64,000 bases of DNA from Octopus sinensis (GCF_006345805.1 NC_042998.1:146320001-146384000); one strand, 5' to 3'. Positions 50,260 to 62,313 are shown, counted from the stretch's first letter. The notes: generated from the sequence alone by a model not told the origin. Numbers and translations are program-made.

Positions 50260-52160
50260 CATCATCATCGTTTAATGTCCGTTTTCCATGCTGGCATGGG
50301 TTGGACGATTTGACTGAGGATTGGCAAACCAGATTGCTACACTAGGCTCCAATCTGATCTGTCAGAGTTTACAGCTGGATGCCCTTCCTAATGCCAACCA
50401 CTCCGAGAGTGTAGTGGGTGCTTTTACATGCCACTGGTACGAGGGCCAGTCAGGCGGTACTGGCAACAGCCATGCTCAAATGGTGTTTTTACATGCCACC
50501 TGCACAAGAGCCAGTCCAGTGACACTGGCAACAACCTCTCTCGAATATTTTTTTACGTGCCACTGGCACAAGTGCCAGTAAGGTGATGCTGGTAATGATC
50601 CCACTCGAATGGTGCTTTTTATGTGCCACCGGCATGGAAGCCAGTCAGCTGCTCTGGCAATGATCATGCTTGGATAGTGCTCTTAGCGCTCCACTCACAC
50701 GAATGCCAGTCATGTGGCGCTGTCATCGAATTTGATTTTGATTTTGATTTCACTTACTTCAACAGGTCTTCGCAAGCAGAGTTTAGTGTCCAATGAAGGA
50801 AAGGTATGCATAAGTGGGCTGGTTACACTTCTGGCATAGGTCATGGGTTATGGTCTCACTTGGCTTGCTGGGTCTTCTCAAGCACCACATATTTCCAAAG
50901 GTCTCGGTCACTAGTCATTGCCTCGGTGAGGCCTAATATTCTAAGGTTGTGCTTCACCATCTCATCACAGATCTTCCTGGGTCTAACTCTTCTATAGGTT
51001 CCCTCAACTGCTAGGGCATGGCACTTTTTCACACAGTTATCCTCATCCATTCTCCCCACATGACCATACCAGCAAAGTCGTCTCTCTTGCACACTACATC
51101 TGATGCTTCTTAGGTCCAACTTCTCTCTCAAAGTACTTACACTCTGTTGAGTATGCACACTGACATTACACATTCAGCGGAGCATAGTGGCTTCATTCCT
51201 TGCAAGCTTACTCATGTCCTCAGCAGTCATGGCCCATGTTTCACTGCCATGTAGCATGGCTGTTCGTACACATGTGTCATACAGTCTACCTTTTACTCTG
51301 AGCAAGAGACCCTTTGTCACCAGCAGAGGTAAGAGCTCTCTAAACTTTGCCCAGGCTAATCTTATTCTAGCAGCTACACTTTCAGCACACCCTCCTCCGC
51401 TACTGACTTGGTCACCTAGGTAACAGAAGCTACCAACTACTTCTAGTTTTTCTTCCTGGAATGTGGCGTAAGTTGTACTCTGCACATTTTCAGTGTTTAT
51501 TGCTCTTGAGCATTTGCCACATACAAAAACTATCTTCCCAGTTAGCCTTCCTTTGACATTGCTGCACCTCTTATGTATCCATAGCTTACACTGGGTACAT
51601 CTTATGAAGTTTCTACCTATGCCTTTTTTATAGATTGAGCAGGGCTGAAGGGATTTGTGGTTTGTCTGCCTTCCTACATATTAGGACTTTGGTTTTAGCT
51701 AGGTTGACTCTAAGGCCCTCTGATTATAATCCTTGCTTCCACATCTGAAACTTCTCCGCTAGTTCTGATAGTGACTCAGCAATTAAAGCAAGGTCATCAG
51801 CATAGAGGAGCTTCCATGGGCATCCTGTCTTGAATTCCTGTTATTGCCTGGAGGACTATGATAAATAGGAGGGGGCTGAGGACTGAACCTTGGTGGACCC
51901 CTGCCTCTACCCGAAATTCTTCACTGTACTCGTTGCCAACCCTCACCTTACTGACAGTGTCCCTGTACATGGCTTGCACGGCTCTCACTAGCTATTCATC
52001 CATCCCTAGTTTCTTCATTGACCATCAGATAAGGGATCAGGGCACCCTGTCAAAGGCTTTCTCCATGTCAACGAAAGCCAGGTACAGAGGTTTATTTTTG
52101 GCAAGGTATTTCTCCTGCAGCTGTCTTACCAGAAATATAGCATCAGTGGTGCTTTTCCCT
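50260..52160 (-). mobile_element. 5'-truncated RTE-clade LINE (RT, Cys-rich insert, 3' UTR, (GAT)n tail)
   Basis: FVDMEKAFDRVP, GVHQGSVLSPLLFIIV, LYADD, CYLGD, RLCWYGHV; stops and frameshifts present. Confidence 0.93.
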
Positions 52161-52187
52161 GTGTGTGTGTGTGTGTGTGTGCACGTG

Positions 52188-53025
52188 CAGAGGGTGTGGT
52201 GAATAAACTATTGTCTAAATTATGCAAAAATGAAAATAACACTGACATCTCATTTTAACAGATATTTTTACCAAAATTGCATAAAAATATCTTGAAAGAC
52301 TAATAAGTAAATTTATTCAATAAATTGAATGGCAGTGCATTAGCATGAGCTGAAACTACACACACACAAAAAAAATTGCCATTGCAACTCTTCTGGATGG
52401 TTTCCTTGGTGAATGCTGTCATAATCTTTGGTTTCAGTTCATCTTTGGTGTTACAAGGAGTTTTGTTGGTCTCTTGCTCAACTGCACCCCACACATAATA
52501 ATCAAGGGTATTGTGGTCTGGGGAGTTACATGGCCTGATGCTAAGGATGATGTGGTCGCAGAAACTGTCTGACAGCCATGACTGGGTTCACTCGTTTGTG
52601 TGGCATGGAGCAGAGTCTGGTTGCCAGACATTGGGTCTTTCAGCAGCCACCCTCTTGACCCAGGGCAGCACTACCTCCTCCAGGTAGTTGATGTAGGCTT
52701 TCATGTTGAGTGTGAGGCTGTGTGAGAAGATGAATGGAGGCATAACGTCGCCATCACTAGTGATTACTCCAAACACCATGATGTTGACTAAATATTTGAT
52801 TTTTATCACTCTCAGTACATGTCCTCGGATCAGTGTGAATGCCAAGTAGTACAGAATGCCATTTCCAAATTTCTGGCATAGTGAATTATGTCATGGTGCT
52901 GCTTTTCTCAGAGACGGTGCCCAACTAACTCTACTGTACTGTGTAGTTGACAAAATCAAAAACAAATAAGGCGCATATGCGAAATTAAAAGCATAAAATG
53001 GCGACAATTTACCCATCGCACTCTG
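52188..53025 (-). mobile_element. maT-family (DD37D) transposon, internally deleted
   Basis: Termini CAGAGGGTGTG / CGCACTCTG-TA; I count 37 residues between the D of QPDSAPCH and the D of NTLDYY. Confidence 0.88.
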
Positions 53026-53273
53026 TACGTACGTACGTACATACATACATACATACATACATACATACATACATACATACATACATACATACATACATAC
53101 ATACATACATACATACATACATACATACATACATACATACATACATACATACATACATACATACATACATACATACATACATACATACATACATACATAC
53201 ATACATACACACATACATACATACATGGAAAAATGCGAGCATGAAAAGTAATATTCTTAAGATTATAAACCTG

Positions 53274-53685
53274 GAAAAGTACAGGACAAGTTATTACACC
53301 TGTAAAAGTATAGGACAAGCTATTACTTCTAGTAAAGTAAAGAATAAGAAACTTTTTACTTAAATATTGCAGCAAAGAATGCCAGTTTTTCTAATTCATC
53401 ACTCTTTACAGTTCTCATCATTTAAATTTATTGTACAAAACTGTTCAGCTAATTTCCAAGTTTATCTAATTAGTCACTTTTTTCTGTATTTAAGGTAATA
53501 AATTAGGCAAATTCTACTTAAATAAGTATAGTGTTATTTGCAAACTATAATAAAATAAGTTTTAATATTCAAATTTTAATTTTAGCTGCAATATTTTAAG
53601 TAAAAAATTTCTTATTCTTTACTTTACTAGAAGTAATAACTTGTCCTATACTTTTACTGGAGTAATAACTTGTTCTGTACTTTTC
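53274..53685. mobile_element. AT-rich MITE with ~100-bp inverted arms
   Basis: 53274-53373 pairs with 53585-53685. Confidence 0.8.
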
Positions 53686-55618
53686 AAAGTTACAAATAAC
53701 AAGACACCAAAACAATCAGTTACCAGGCTCGCCTTAAGTATCTAATTTTGCAATATTAGGTCACAGGAATTCATTCAACGAAAAAAAATATTCCAATAAT
53801 TCTAGGATTGGGGGTGGGGAACCACCCCATCTCATTTTTTCTGAACCAAAATAAGGGATTTGCAGCACATTAGGAGGTACTTGATTCCATGCAAAGAATC
53901 AATTTTTTTTTTTTTCTTAGTGTAAATCGTGTGGGTGTTAATATAGAAATTTACCATAATGTTGTTATTTAGCCCCAAATCAACCCTGATACTGCAAACC
54001 TATCATCAAAGACATTCCAGCCTTCAGCAAACTGTCTTTTTAGGGATAATCTAGGACATTACATACAATGGGCGTGTGATTTAGGTAGGGGGATACTTTG
54101 GCTACTATTTTTAACTTGTCGAGCGACCAGGTAGAGGCTCTTTCATTGGTTCGATTGTGTGATGAGATTTTTTTACCAATATGTGTAGTATGTATATATA
54201 TATATCATCGGCAGAAGTTAGAGAGTAAGTCAAAAGCTGAGAGTTTCGTGTATTGGCACTTATCAAACACGAATTTGTCCATTGTCACTCTGTAACTTCT
54301 GACGGTATAACTTCTAAAATACAAAATTTTCTCAAAAACGTCGAGAGTAAACCCTGTTCTATGTGACACATTCTAGCAGAATCGGAAGTTTTAAAGTGTT
54401 TAGTTAAAAAAAAAAATTAATTAAATAATCTGTACATCAAGGTCGACCTCGGCGAAATTTGAATTCAAAACGTAAAAACAGACGAAAGAATTAGATAACT
54501 ACGTCTTCATGGGAAGCAAGTGGTAAGAATTAAGAATGTTCTGTGTACGTGCTTGGAGAAGTGAGAATATTAATTTCTTTAGCCAACTTGCATAACTTAA
54601 TACTGGTTGGTAATCAGTAATACGGCTTACGCTCGGCAATAAATCTCTATATTTTTATGTAAATAAATGGTTCCATAGAAAACATTAAATGGACTTGCTT
54701 TGAATATGGGTAACAATACACAGCCTAAATCAGCCTAACCAAAATATACAAATACCCTGCTAAGCTATCTTAAACCTCCTGAATGAGACGTCAGTCCGTC
54801 GCGCGGTTACTAGTTTACAGATGAGTGAGTAGAGCAATATGAAATGAAGTGTTTTGCTCAAAAACACAACACTTCATCCGGTCTGGGAATCGAAACCACG
54901 ATCTTGCGATCATGAGTGCAACGCCCCCAACCGCTAGGCTACGCATTTTCACAAAGCTGTCAAAGAAATCACGATCTGTTTTGACACTTGAACAGCCAAT
55001 CTCTGTTTACATTATTGCTGATCATATCAAATAACAAGTACATTTTCTCTTCAGATATAACTTATCGGTTAACTATTATATTACCAGTTCTTTTGGCAAA
55101 GCGTTAATAGTTCCAAAGACTTAACGATATAAATGTTTGTTGCGTAAATAAACTTTTTGGGAACAAGAAAGAAAACCATGACGTCAGTGTCGAAGGGAGA
55201 TAATTCATGTGTGTGTGTGTGTGTGTATGTGTGCGCGCGCGCGAGCGTATGCATGTATATATGTATCATTCAACCACGGTAGTGGTTGAATGTATTCTTA
55301 AATCCACCATTTCGTCAATCGCAGTAGCTTCCAAGCTTCACCACTAATTCAGTTCTCAACTAAATTGCAAACTGTTAATTGTTTTAAAGAGGACACCTCC
55401 TTAGCTACACTTTGGCATAAATAGTTTGAAATAATAGGAAAATGCATGAGGAATTCAGAATCGCTAGTCGCATAAAACAAAAATGAATAGAAAATGAGTT
55501 ATGAGGTAAAATGTTACGAAATTTAATGTCAGTAAGTAAGGGAGTAACGCTTAAGCAATAAGAATAAAGAATATATTTCTAATATGAATGTGTACGTGCT
55601 TGGAGAAGCGAGAATATT

Positions 55619-56035
55619 TATTTCTTTGTTGCCCACAAGGGGCTAAACATAGAGAGGACAAACAAGGACAGACAAAGGAATTAAGTCGATTACATTGACC
55701 CCAGTGCGTAACTGGTACTTATTTAATTTACCCCAAAAGGATGAAAGGCAAAATCGACCTCGGCGGAAATTGAACTGAGAACGTTGCGGCAGCCGAAATA
55801 CCTATTTCTTTACTGCCCACAAGGGGCTAGACACAGAGGGGACAAACAAGGACAGACAAACGGATTAAGTCGATTATATCGACCCCAGTGCGTAACTGGT
55901 ACTTAATTTATCGACCTCGAAAGGATGAAAGGCAAAGTCGACCTCGGCGGAATTTGAACTCAGAACGTAACGGCAGACGAAATACCGCTAAGCATTTCGC
56001 CCGGTGTGCTAACGATTCTGTCAGCTCGCTGCCTT
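55619..56035 (-). mobile_element. SINE family A, head plus two body units
   Basis: Units joined at AAATAG|GTATTT; flanked by a TSD-like CTT(G)GAGAAG(C/T)GAGAATATT at 55599-55618 and 56033-56051. Confidence 0.88.
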
Positions 56036-57149
56036 GAGAAGTGAGAATATTGTGCTCATTGTAGACGAAGTGATTCTATTTAACTCTAGCTTGAGCAGTC
56101 GACCAAGTATCAAAGTTTCGTCTCTCCTCTTAGGAACTCCTCTCAGCTTCTGCACTGATTGTGACGTGCATCTAAATTTATGGCCATATTTTGGCGAGAA
56201 ACTATGGAAATTTCTGTTCCAAAACTATAAAATCGAACGATTGCTGCGGAAAAACTACTACTCAGAATTCGAGGCAAGTCACTTGATACGCTATGATCTA
56301 TTTCTCGTTACTGAGTTGGTCCTACTACACAGGTAACTGGCCCTAAGAGTAGTAAGACTCGAGATAGAAATGTCTAATGAACTGCTACAAAATCTAAGCA
56401 GGAGAAAAAAGTAAATCAATCGAATTTTTCCCCAGTCATATTATATAGTGCAACTGACTTGATCAGTGGGGAGATATTCATCAGAGGTTTGTATCCGACT
56501 ATTACGTTGCTCATACGTTGCCTAAATTTTGAGTAACCCTAGAGAGCTAGACTCACCGCCAAAGCTAGCAATTTTAGACTGTAAAACTGATGTTTTGCTA
56601 TTATGGTTGCTGCTGATGTTGTTTTGTTGTTATGGTTGTTGTTGCTGCTGCAGTCGTAGTTGCTGTTGTTATTGTCGTTGTTACTGTTCCTTCTGCTGTT
56701 GTTGTTACTTTTGTTGTTGTTGTTGTTGTTGTCATTATCCAGATGTAGATATCCAGGCATGTCTTTTATTCCAAACAATTCACCCCGGAATACAATATCC
56801 AAAGTTTCTTTTCTTTTTTCTTTTCTTTTTCAAAGACCGTTACATTTTGCTTAAAGTTAATTTAACTATTATTTCCAGCAAGAGATAAATTCAGGAATCA
56901 AGTATTCTCCAAAGTTGACATGCCATTAAGGATAAGGTTTGACTTACCGCCTGGAGATGATAAGAGGACTATCATAGACATGTGTTTCTGTCTCATTATG
57001 CATCAACAATCAGCACAACAGTCGTCCCACTCTATCTCCTGTAGCAAAGGACATAGACACATACAAAAATAGTATGTATGTATGTATGTATGTATGTATG
57101 TATGTATGTATGTATGTATGTATGTATGTATGTATGTATGTATGTATGA

Positions 57150-57390
57150 AGGTATCTGATCTGTGAATCGGTGGTGTAGTAATAGCTCGCCGTTGATGTT
57201 CACGCCACTTGTCCAGTCACTGTTTTTAATGACCATTTCTAGACATATCGTGAAGCTTTTGGAGAGATAGTATCTCCTTGTTTGAAGCCCTTCTCATTTG
57301 GCACTCTTACGAGTAGCAATAGCAGAGCTATATCAGTTCGCATCCGTGAGCAGTATAGTGTATTACGCCTTGAGATCTTGTGTTTCCACA
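57150..57390 (-). mobile_element. RTE-clade RT fragment (another lineage)
   Basis: KGFKQGDTISPK..CLEMVIKNSDWTSGVNINGELLLHHRFTDQI. Confidence 0.75.
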
Positions 57391-57984
57391 GATTTCAGCG
57401 CGCGCGCGAGCGCACACACACAGAGAGGCACGCACGCGTTCACACCCGCATGGTTGTAATGACTGCAGATATCACAGAAACATGTATAGTTAATGTAATT
57501 CTCAGAAGGCAGAATCAACACGCGAGTAGAATATCCGGGATATTCTACTGGTAAAATGGCTGCAATGTCCCTCTGTTGGTATCCATTTACAGCTGAATCC
57601 ACTGGAGCAACGTGAAATGAAATGTCTTGCTCGAAAATTCAACGTTACTGACCAGTTTAGGGATTGAACGAACGACTTTATGATTATGAATCGAACATTC
57701 CAACCACGCGTCTTCACTATCGGCTGTTTTTTTTCTTTTTACTAGATGGTGGAATACGAAATTGAAGACACGCCCACACAATGGGTTCTGCAGTTTCCTT
57801 CTACCAAATCCGCTCAGAAACCATTGTCGGACCTGGGCTATAGTAGAAGACATTTGCCCAAAGTGCCACGCTGTGGGACTGAAGCCAGAACCACGTTGCT
57901 GAAAAGCGAGCTTCTTAACTACATAACCGTGCTTAAATCTTCGTGACCTTGTGCCCTCTATTAGTAATAAATAACCGGTAAAAA

Positions 57985-58265
57985 TGGCATAATACCCGTG
58001 ACTTTTACAGGTCTACTTCCCCCAGATTGAGGAATCGATGCAGATGATGTTCAATTTGAGTCTGTTAGGGAAACGGGATTGCTTATTGGATGGGGGTGGA
58101 AATGGGAGCAGAAATATTTTTGTTGAGTTTTTAAGGACTGTGGAGTAGGGTTGGTGCAGGGAAGAGTGTCTTGTATTCAGGAGACAGAGGAGAGGTGGAG
58201 CATGTAATTTGCTAGTTCCAAGAAGCCGCGATAGTAGCGGTAGAAGAGTCAGAAAGAACAGACGT
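57985..58265 (-). mobile_element. Decayed 3' end of a CR1/Jockey-group LINE
   Basis: LFYRYYRGF..LANYM..NTRHSS.HQPYSTV pattern typical of the RT-downstream region. Confidence 0.6.
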
Positions 58266-58699
58266 GTGTATCTACGAGATTGTGATTGTAAATGGTGAGC
58301 AGAGATTTGGTCCACGAAGAATATCCTGGGGTCAAGAGGAAGGATTACAAGTTTTACCTCTGATACAGATATCATTAGGAAACGCCTCTAAAACCACATC
58401 AAAGTTTACACATCCCACTACTACTACTACTACTACCACCACCACCATCGCCCTCCACCAGCCTCGCCACTTTCACCATCACTACCTCATCAGCACCGTC
58501 GTCTTCACCAGGATTGCTGCTCCACCACTATCACCGCAACCACCACCATCATTACCACCGTCACTACTGCCATATTATCACTACCATCGCCATCATCGTC
58601 GCCTCCGTCACCGTCATCCCCCTACCGTTGACTTCTACAGTCACTATTGTCAATTCCACCATTTCCGCCCCCAACAATTGTCACAACTATCACTACCTA

Positions 58700-59020
58700 T
58701 TTCTTTATTACCCACAAGGAGCTAAACACAGAGGGGACAAACAAGGACAGACAGGTATTAAGTCGATTACATCGACCCCAGTGCGTAACTGGTACTTAAT
58801 TTATCGACCCCGAAAGGATGAAAGGCAAAGTCGACCTCGGCGGAATTTGAATTCACAACGTAACGCAGACGAAATACCTATTTCTTTACTACCCACAAGG
58901 GGCTAAACACAGAAGGGACAAACAAGGATTACATCGACCCCAGTGCGTAACTGGTACTTATTTGAAATACCGCTAAGCATTTCGCCCGGCGTGCTAACGT
59001 TTCTGCCCAGCTCGCCGCCT
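58700..59020 (-). mobile_element. SINE family A multimer within a (CAC/CAT)n tract
   Basis: Same body units and junction as the other family A copies. Confidence 0.8.
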
Positions 59021-59927
59021 ATATCACTACCATCGTCACGACCACCACTGCGCCATCACCACTATTGTACACCCCACCACTGCGCCATCACCACTATTGT
59101 ACACCCCACCACCACCATCGCCACTGTTACCGCAACCACCATCTTCACCACAACTATTGCAATTACACCTATCACCACTTTCACATTACCACTCTAACCA
59201 TTACTGATATATACCAACACCTCGTCAACAATGACAAGATTTGTAATGGGACAAACAGGGAGCTTCTCAATATGTGATCGCTCGAAATAGCAGCCAAATG
59301 ACCCTCAAATCACATCTTACTGTCTTAAATGATCTTAATAAAGATACATTAGATAAATTAAGGCGTAACTTCGGTATAAGTACCGGTGTAAGTACCGGAT
59401 ACATTTCAAGAAATTGTTTTTTTTATATATGGGGGGTTAGGGTTAGGGGTGGGAGAAAAGGGTTTCTGTTATCTTCAGAAATGTAAACAAAGTCACGTGT
59501 GTACCTATACCGAAGGTTCGCCTAAATTAATATACAAAAACCCAGCACGGCCATGTCTAGAAAAGCTTTGATCGTAGGTCGAGATGATGTGCAGTTAAAC
59601 AACAACAAATGATAGAAAGGGTGCGTCGTAATAATCGTCATCCATTGAGAAAACCTGTTTGATTAAGAAATGACCTAGGCATAACGGTATGTCGCATTTA
59701 CACTTGGTTTTCCTATTGTGGATAAACTTTTGTTGTGAGACACGAAATATCTAAAGTATTCAAGCGGAAGACGAATCAACTTGATCGTACGGTGACGTAA
59801 TTTCCTCGCGCGCGCGCAAGTGTGTGTGTGTGTGTGTGGATTATATATATATAAATAACAGTTTGACTCAGATCCATATGATTTAAAGTTTTGTGGGGCC
59901 GAGTCAAGTTATTATTAAATATATATA

Positions 59928-60339
59928 CTCTTTACTCTTTTACTTGTTTCAGTCATTTGACTGCGGCCATGCTGGAACACCGCCTTTAGTCGAGCAAATC
60001 GACCCCGGGACTTATTCTTTGTAAGCCCAGTACTTATTCTATCGGTCTCTTTTGCCGAACCGCTAAGTGACGGGGACGTAAACACACCAGCATCGGTTGT
60101 CAAGCAATGCTAGAGGGACAAAGACAGACACAAACATATACACACACATACATACATACATATATACACATATACGACAGGCTTCTTTCAGTTTCCGTCT
60201 ACCAAATCCACTCACAAGGCTTTGGTCAGCCCGAGGCTATAGCAGAAGACACTTGCCCAAGATGCCACGCAGTGGGACTGAACCCGGAACCATGTGGTTG
60301 GTTAGCAAGCTACTTACCACACACCCACTCCTGCGCCTA
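59928..60339 (-). mobile_element. Full-length young CORE-SINE family B
   Basis: Near-identical reverse complement of 33419-33840. Confidence 0.9.
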
Positions 60340-60699
60340 TGCGATTGAGTGCGTCACTTTTTTTTCGTTTGTCCACTCGTTTGTATACACGCACGCACGC
60401 ACGTACGTGTGTGTTTGTATGTATGTATGTATGTATGTATGTATGTATGTATGTATGTATGTATGTATGTATGTATGTATGTGGTGAAGAGCCTCAGTAA
60501 AGCTAAGCTAGGATGTGAAGCCAAATCCACATTTTTATACATCGTCAAGCAAAGTCTTGGTCTATTGTCTTAACCTTATTGATCTCACAGATATTAATCT
60601 GTGAGTTCACCTCTCAGACCTTCTCAGAGTATTCACGGGTCGATTCTGATTAAGTACGAAGAATCCTATAGTTCTCAGTTGACCTAATTAAATTGGCAG

Positions 60700-60757
60700 A
60701 AGAGATCGACTAATATTTGCTTGTGTATTTACACAAGCAAATATTAGTCGATCTCTT
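60700..60757. repeat. Perfect palindrome, 28-bp arms with 2-nt spacer
   Basis: AAGAGATCGACTAATATTTGCTTGTGTA-TT-TACACAAGCAAATATTAGTCGATCTCTT. Confidence 0.95.
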
Positions 60758-60823
60758 TTCGGCTGGCCGCCGCCTGATCGAAGAGTAATCTTTTTTCTCC
60801 GAAGCGTACAAATGTAGACTTAC

Positions 60824-60928
60824 CAGTCTTATTATGTCTTTCTCCCCAGCATTCATAGAAAAAGAAAAAACCAAAAAACAAAAACATTAATATACACAAT
60901 GGAATCAGTGACAAATATTCGACTGCAT
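60824..60928 (-). CDS. Candidate exon encoding a hydrophobic signal/anchor segment (DAVEYLSLIPLCILMFLFFGFFFFYECWGERHNKT)
   Basis: Donor CTG|GTAAGT, acceptor CTTGTTTGTAG or upstream ATG; open frame; hydrophobicity partly reflects T-rich DNA. Confidence 0.3.
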
Positions 60929-61186
60929 CTACAAACAAGCTGTGTAGACACAAACAAACCGACGAGGTTGTATATTTCTTGTATTTTGAAACGACTTGCA
61001 TTATAATCATTTTCAACATTGCAACAACATAGTAACTGATATATAATAAATGGGTATATTAATAACCAGTTGTTCATTCATTTCTGATAATATTTCCGCC
61101 GCATTATGTTAAGGCATCCTCGTCGTTTACACACACACATGTATGTGTGTGTGTATGTATGTACATATACATACACACATACATAT

Positions 61187-61236
<50 letters not shown>

Positions 61237-61314
61237 AACAGGTTATAAGTAATAAATTTATATATACATATATTTATAACACGTTATATGTAATAAATGA
61301 ATATATATATATCA

Positions 61315-61391
<77 letters not shown>

Positions 61392-61455
61392 ATTATTTAC
61401 AAGATTATTTACGTATATTTATTAATTTATCTAATTATTTTATTATTTTTATCTT

Positions 61456-61550
61456 TAACCCGAAGAGTGGCTATATTTATATTGAAGTGATTTTATTATT
61501 ATTATTACTATTATCATTTCTTAAATATAGCCACGAAACACGTGTCGTTA
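61456..61550 (+). ncRNA. Type I hammerhead motif, CCGAAGA core, 13-bp stem II
   Basis: TAAC-CCGAAGA-GTGGCTATATTTA [42-nt loop with (TTA)n] TAAATATAGCCAC-GAA-ACACGTGT-C-GTTA; GUC site. Confidence 0.7.
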
Positions 61551-61871
61551 TTCTACCAAATATATACGTTTTATTTATTATTTTTCACATTACTTAATCA
61601 TTGTTATATGTTTTATCTTATATTCAATCTTTCTTTAAGATGTAATTTTTCTAAATGTTATAATTTAATTTTTCATTATTGAATTAATAAAAGGTGTGTT
61701 TTTCTAATATACATACATACATACATACATACATACATACATACATACATACATACATACATACATACATACATACATACATACATACGTACATACATAC
61801 ATTCAGCAAGTGCCTTCTATAGCCTCGGACCGGCCAAAGCTTTGTGAGGAAACTGAAAGAATCCTGTCATG

Positions 61872-61930
<59 letters not shown>

Positions 61931-62236
61931 CTATCTATACATATATTTTTATGTATTATATGTGCGCGCGCGCGTGTCTTAGTGTCTGTGTTTGTTCACC
62001 TCCATCAACGCTTGACAACTAGTTTTGGTGTGTTTACGTCCCCGTAACAGCGACTCAACAAAAGCGACCGATAGAATAAAGTACTAGGCGTAAAAACAAT
62101 AAGTCCTGGGGTCGATTTGTTCGACTAAAACCCTTCAAGGCGTTGCTCAAGCATAGCCGTAGTAAAAAATGACTGAAACAAGGAATATAATATAATTTAT
62201 ATGAATGCGTGTGTATGTGTGCGTGCGAGTGTGAAT

Positions 62237-62313
<77 letters not shown>

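Noticed and set aside
54230-54285. TTGATAA-GTG CCAATA CAC-GAAAC (minus) U3-A8 look-alike
   Set aside because: No U16.1 and no stem I; better explained by a local DNA hairpin
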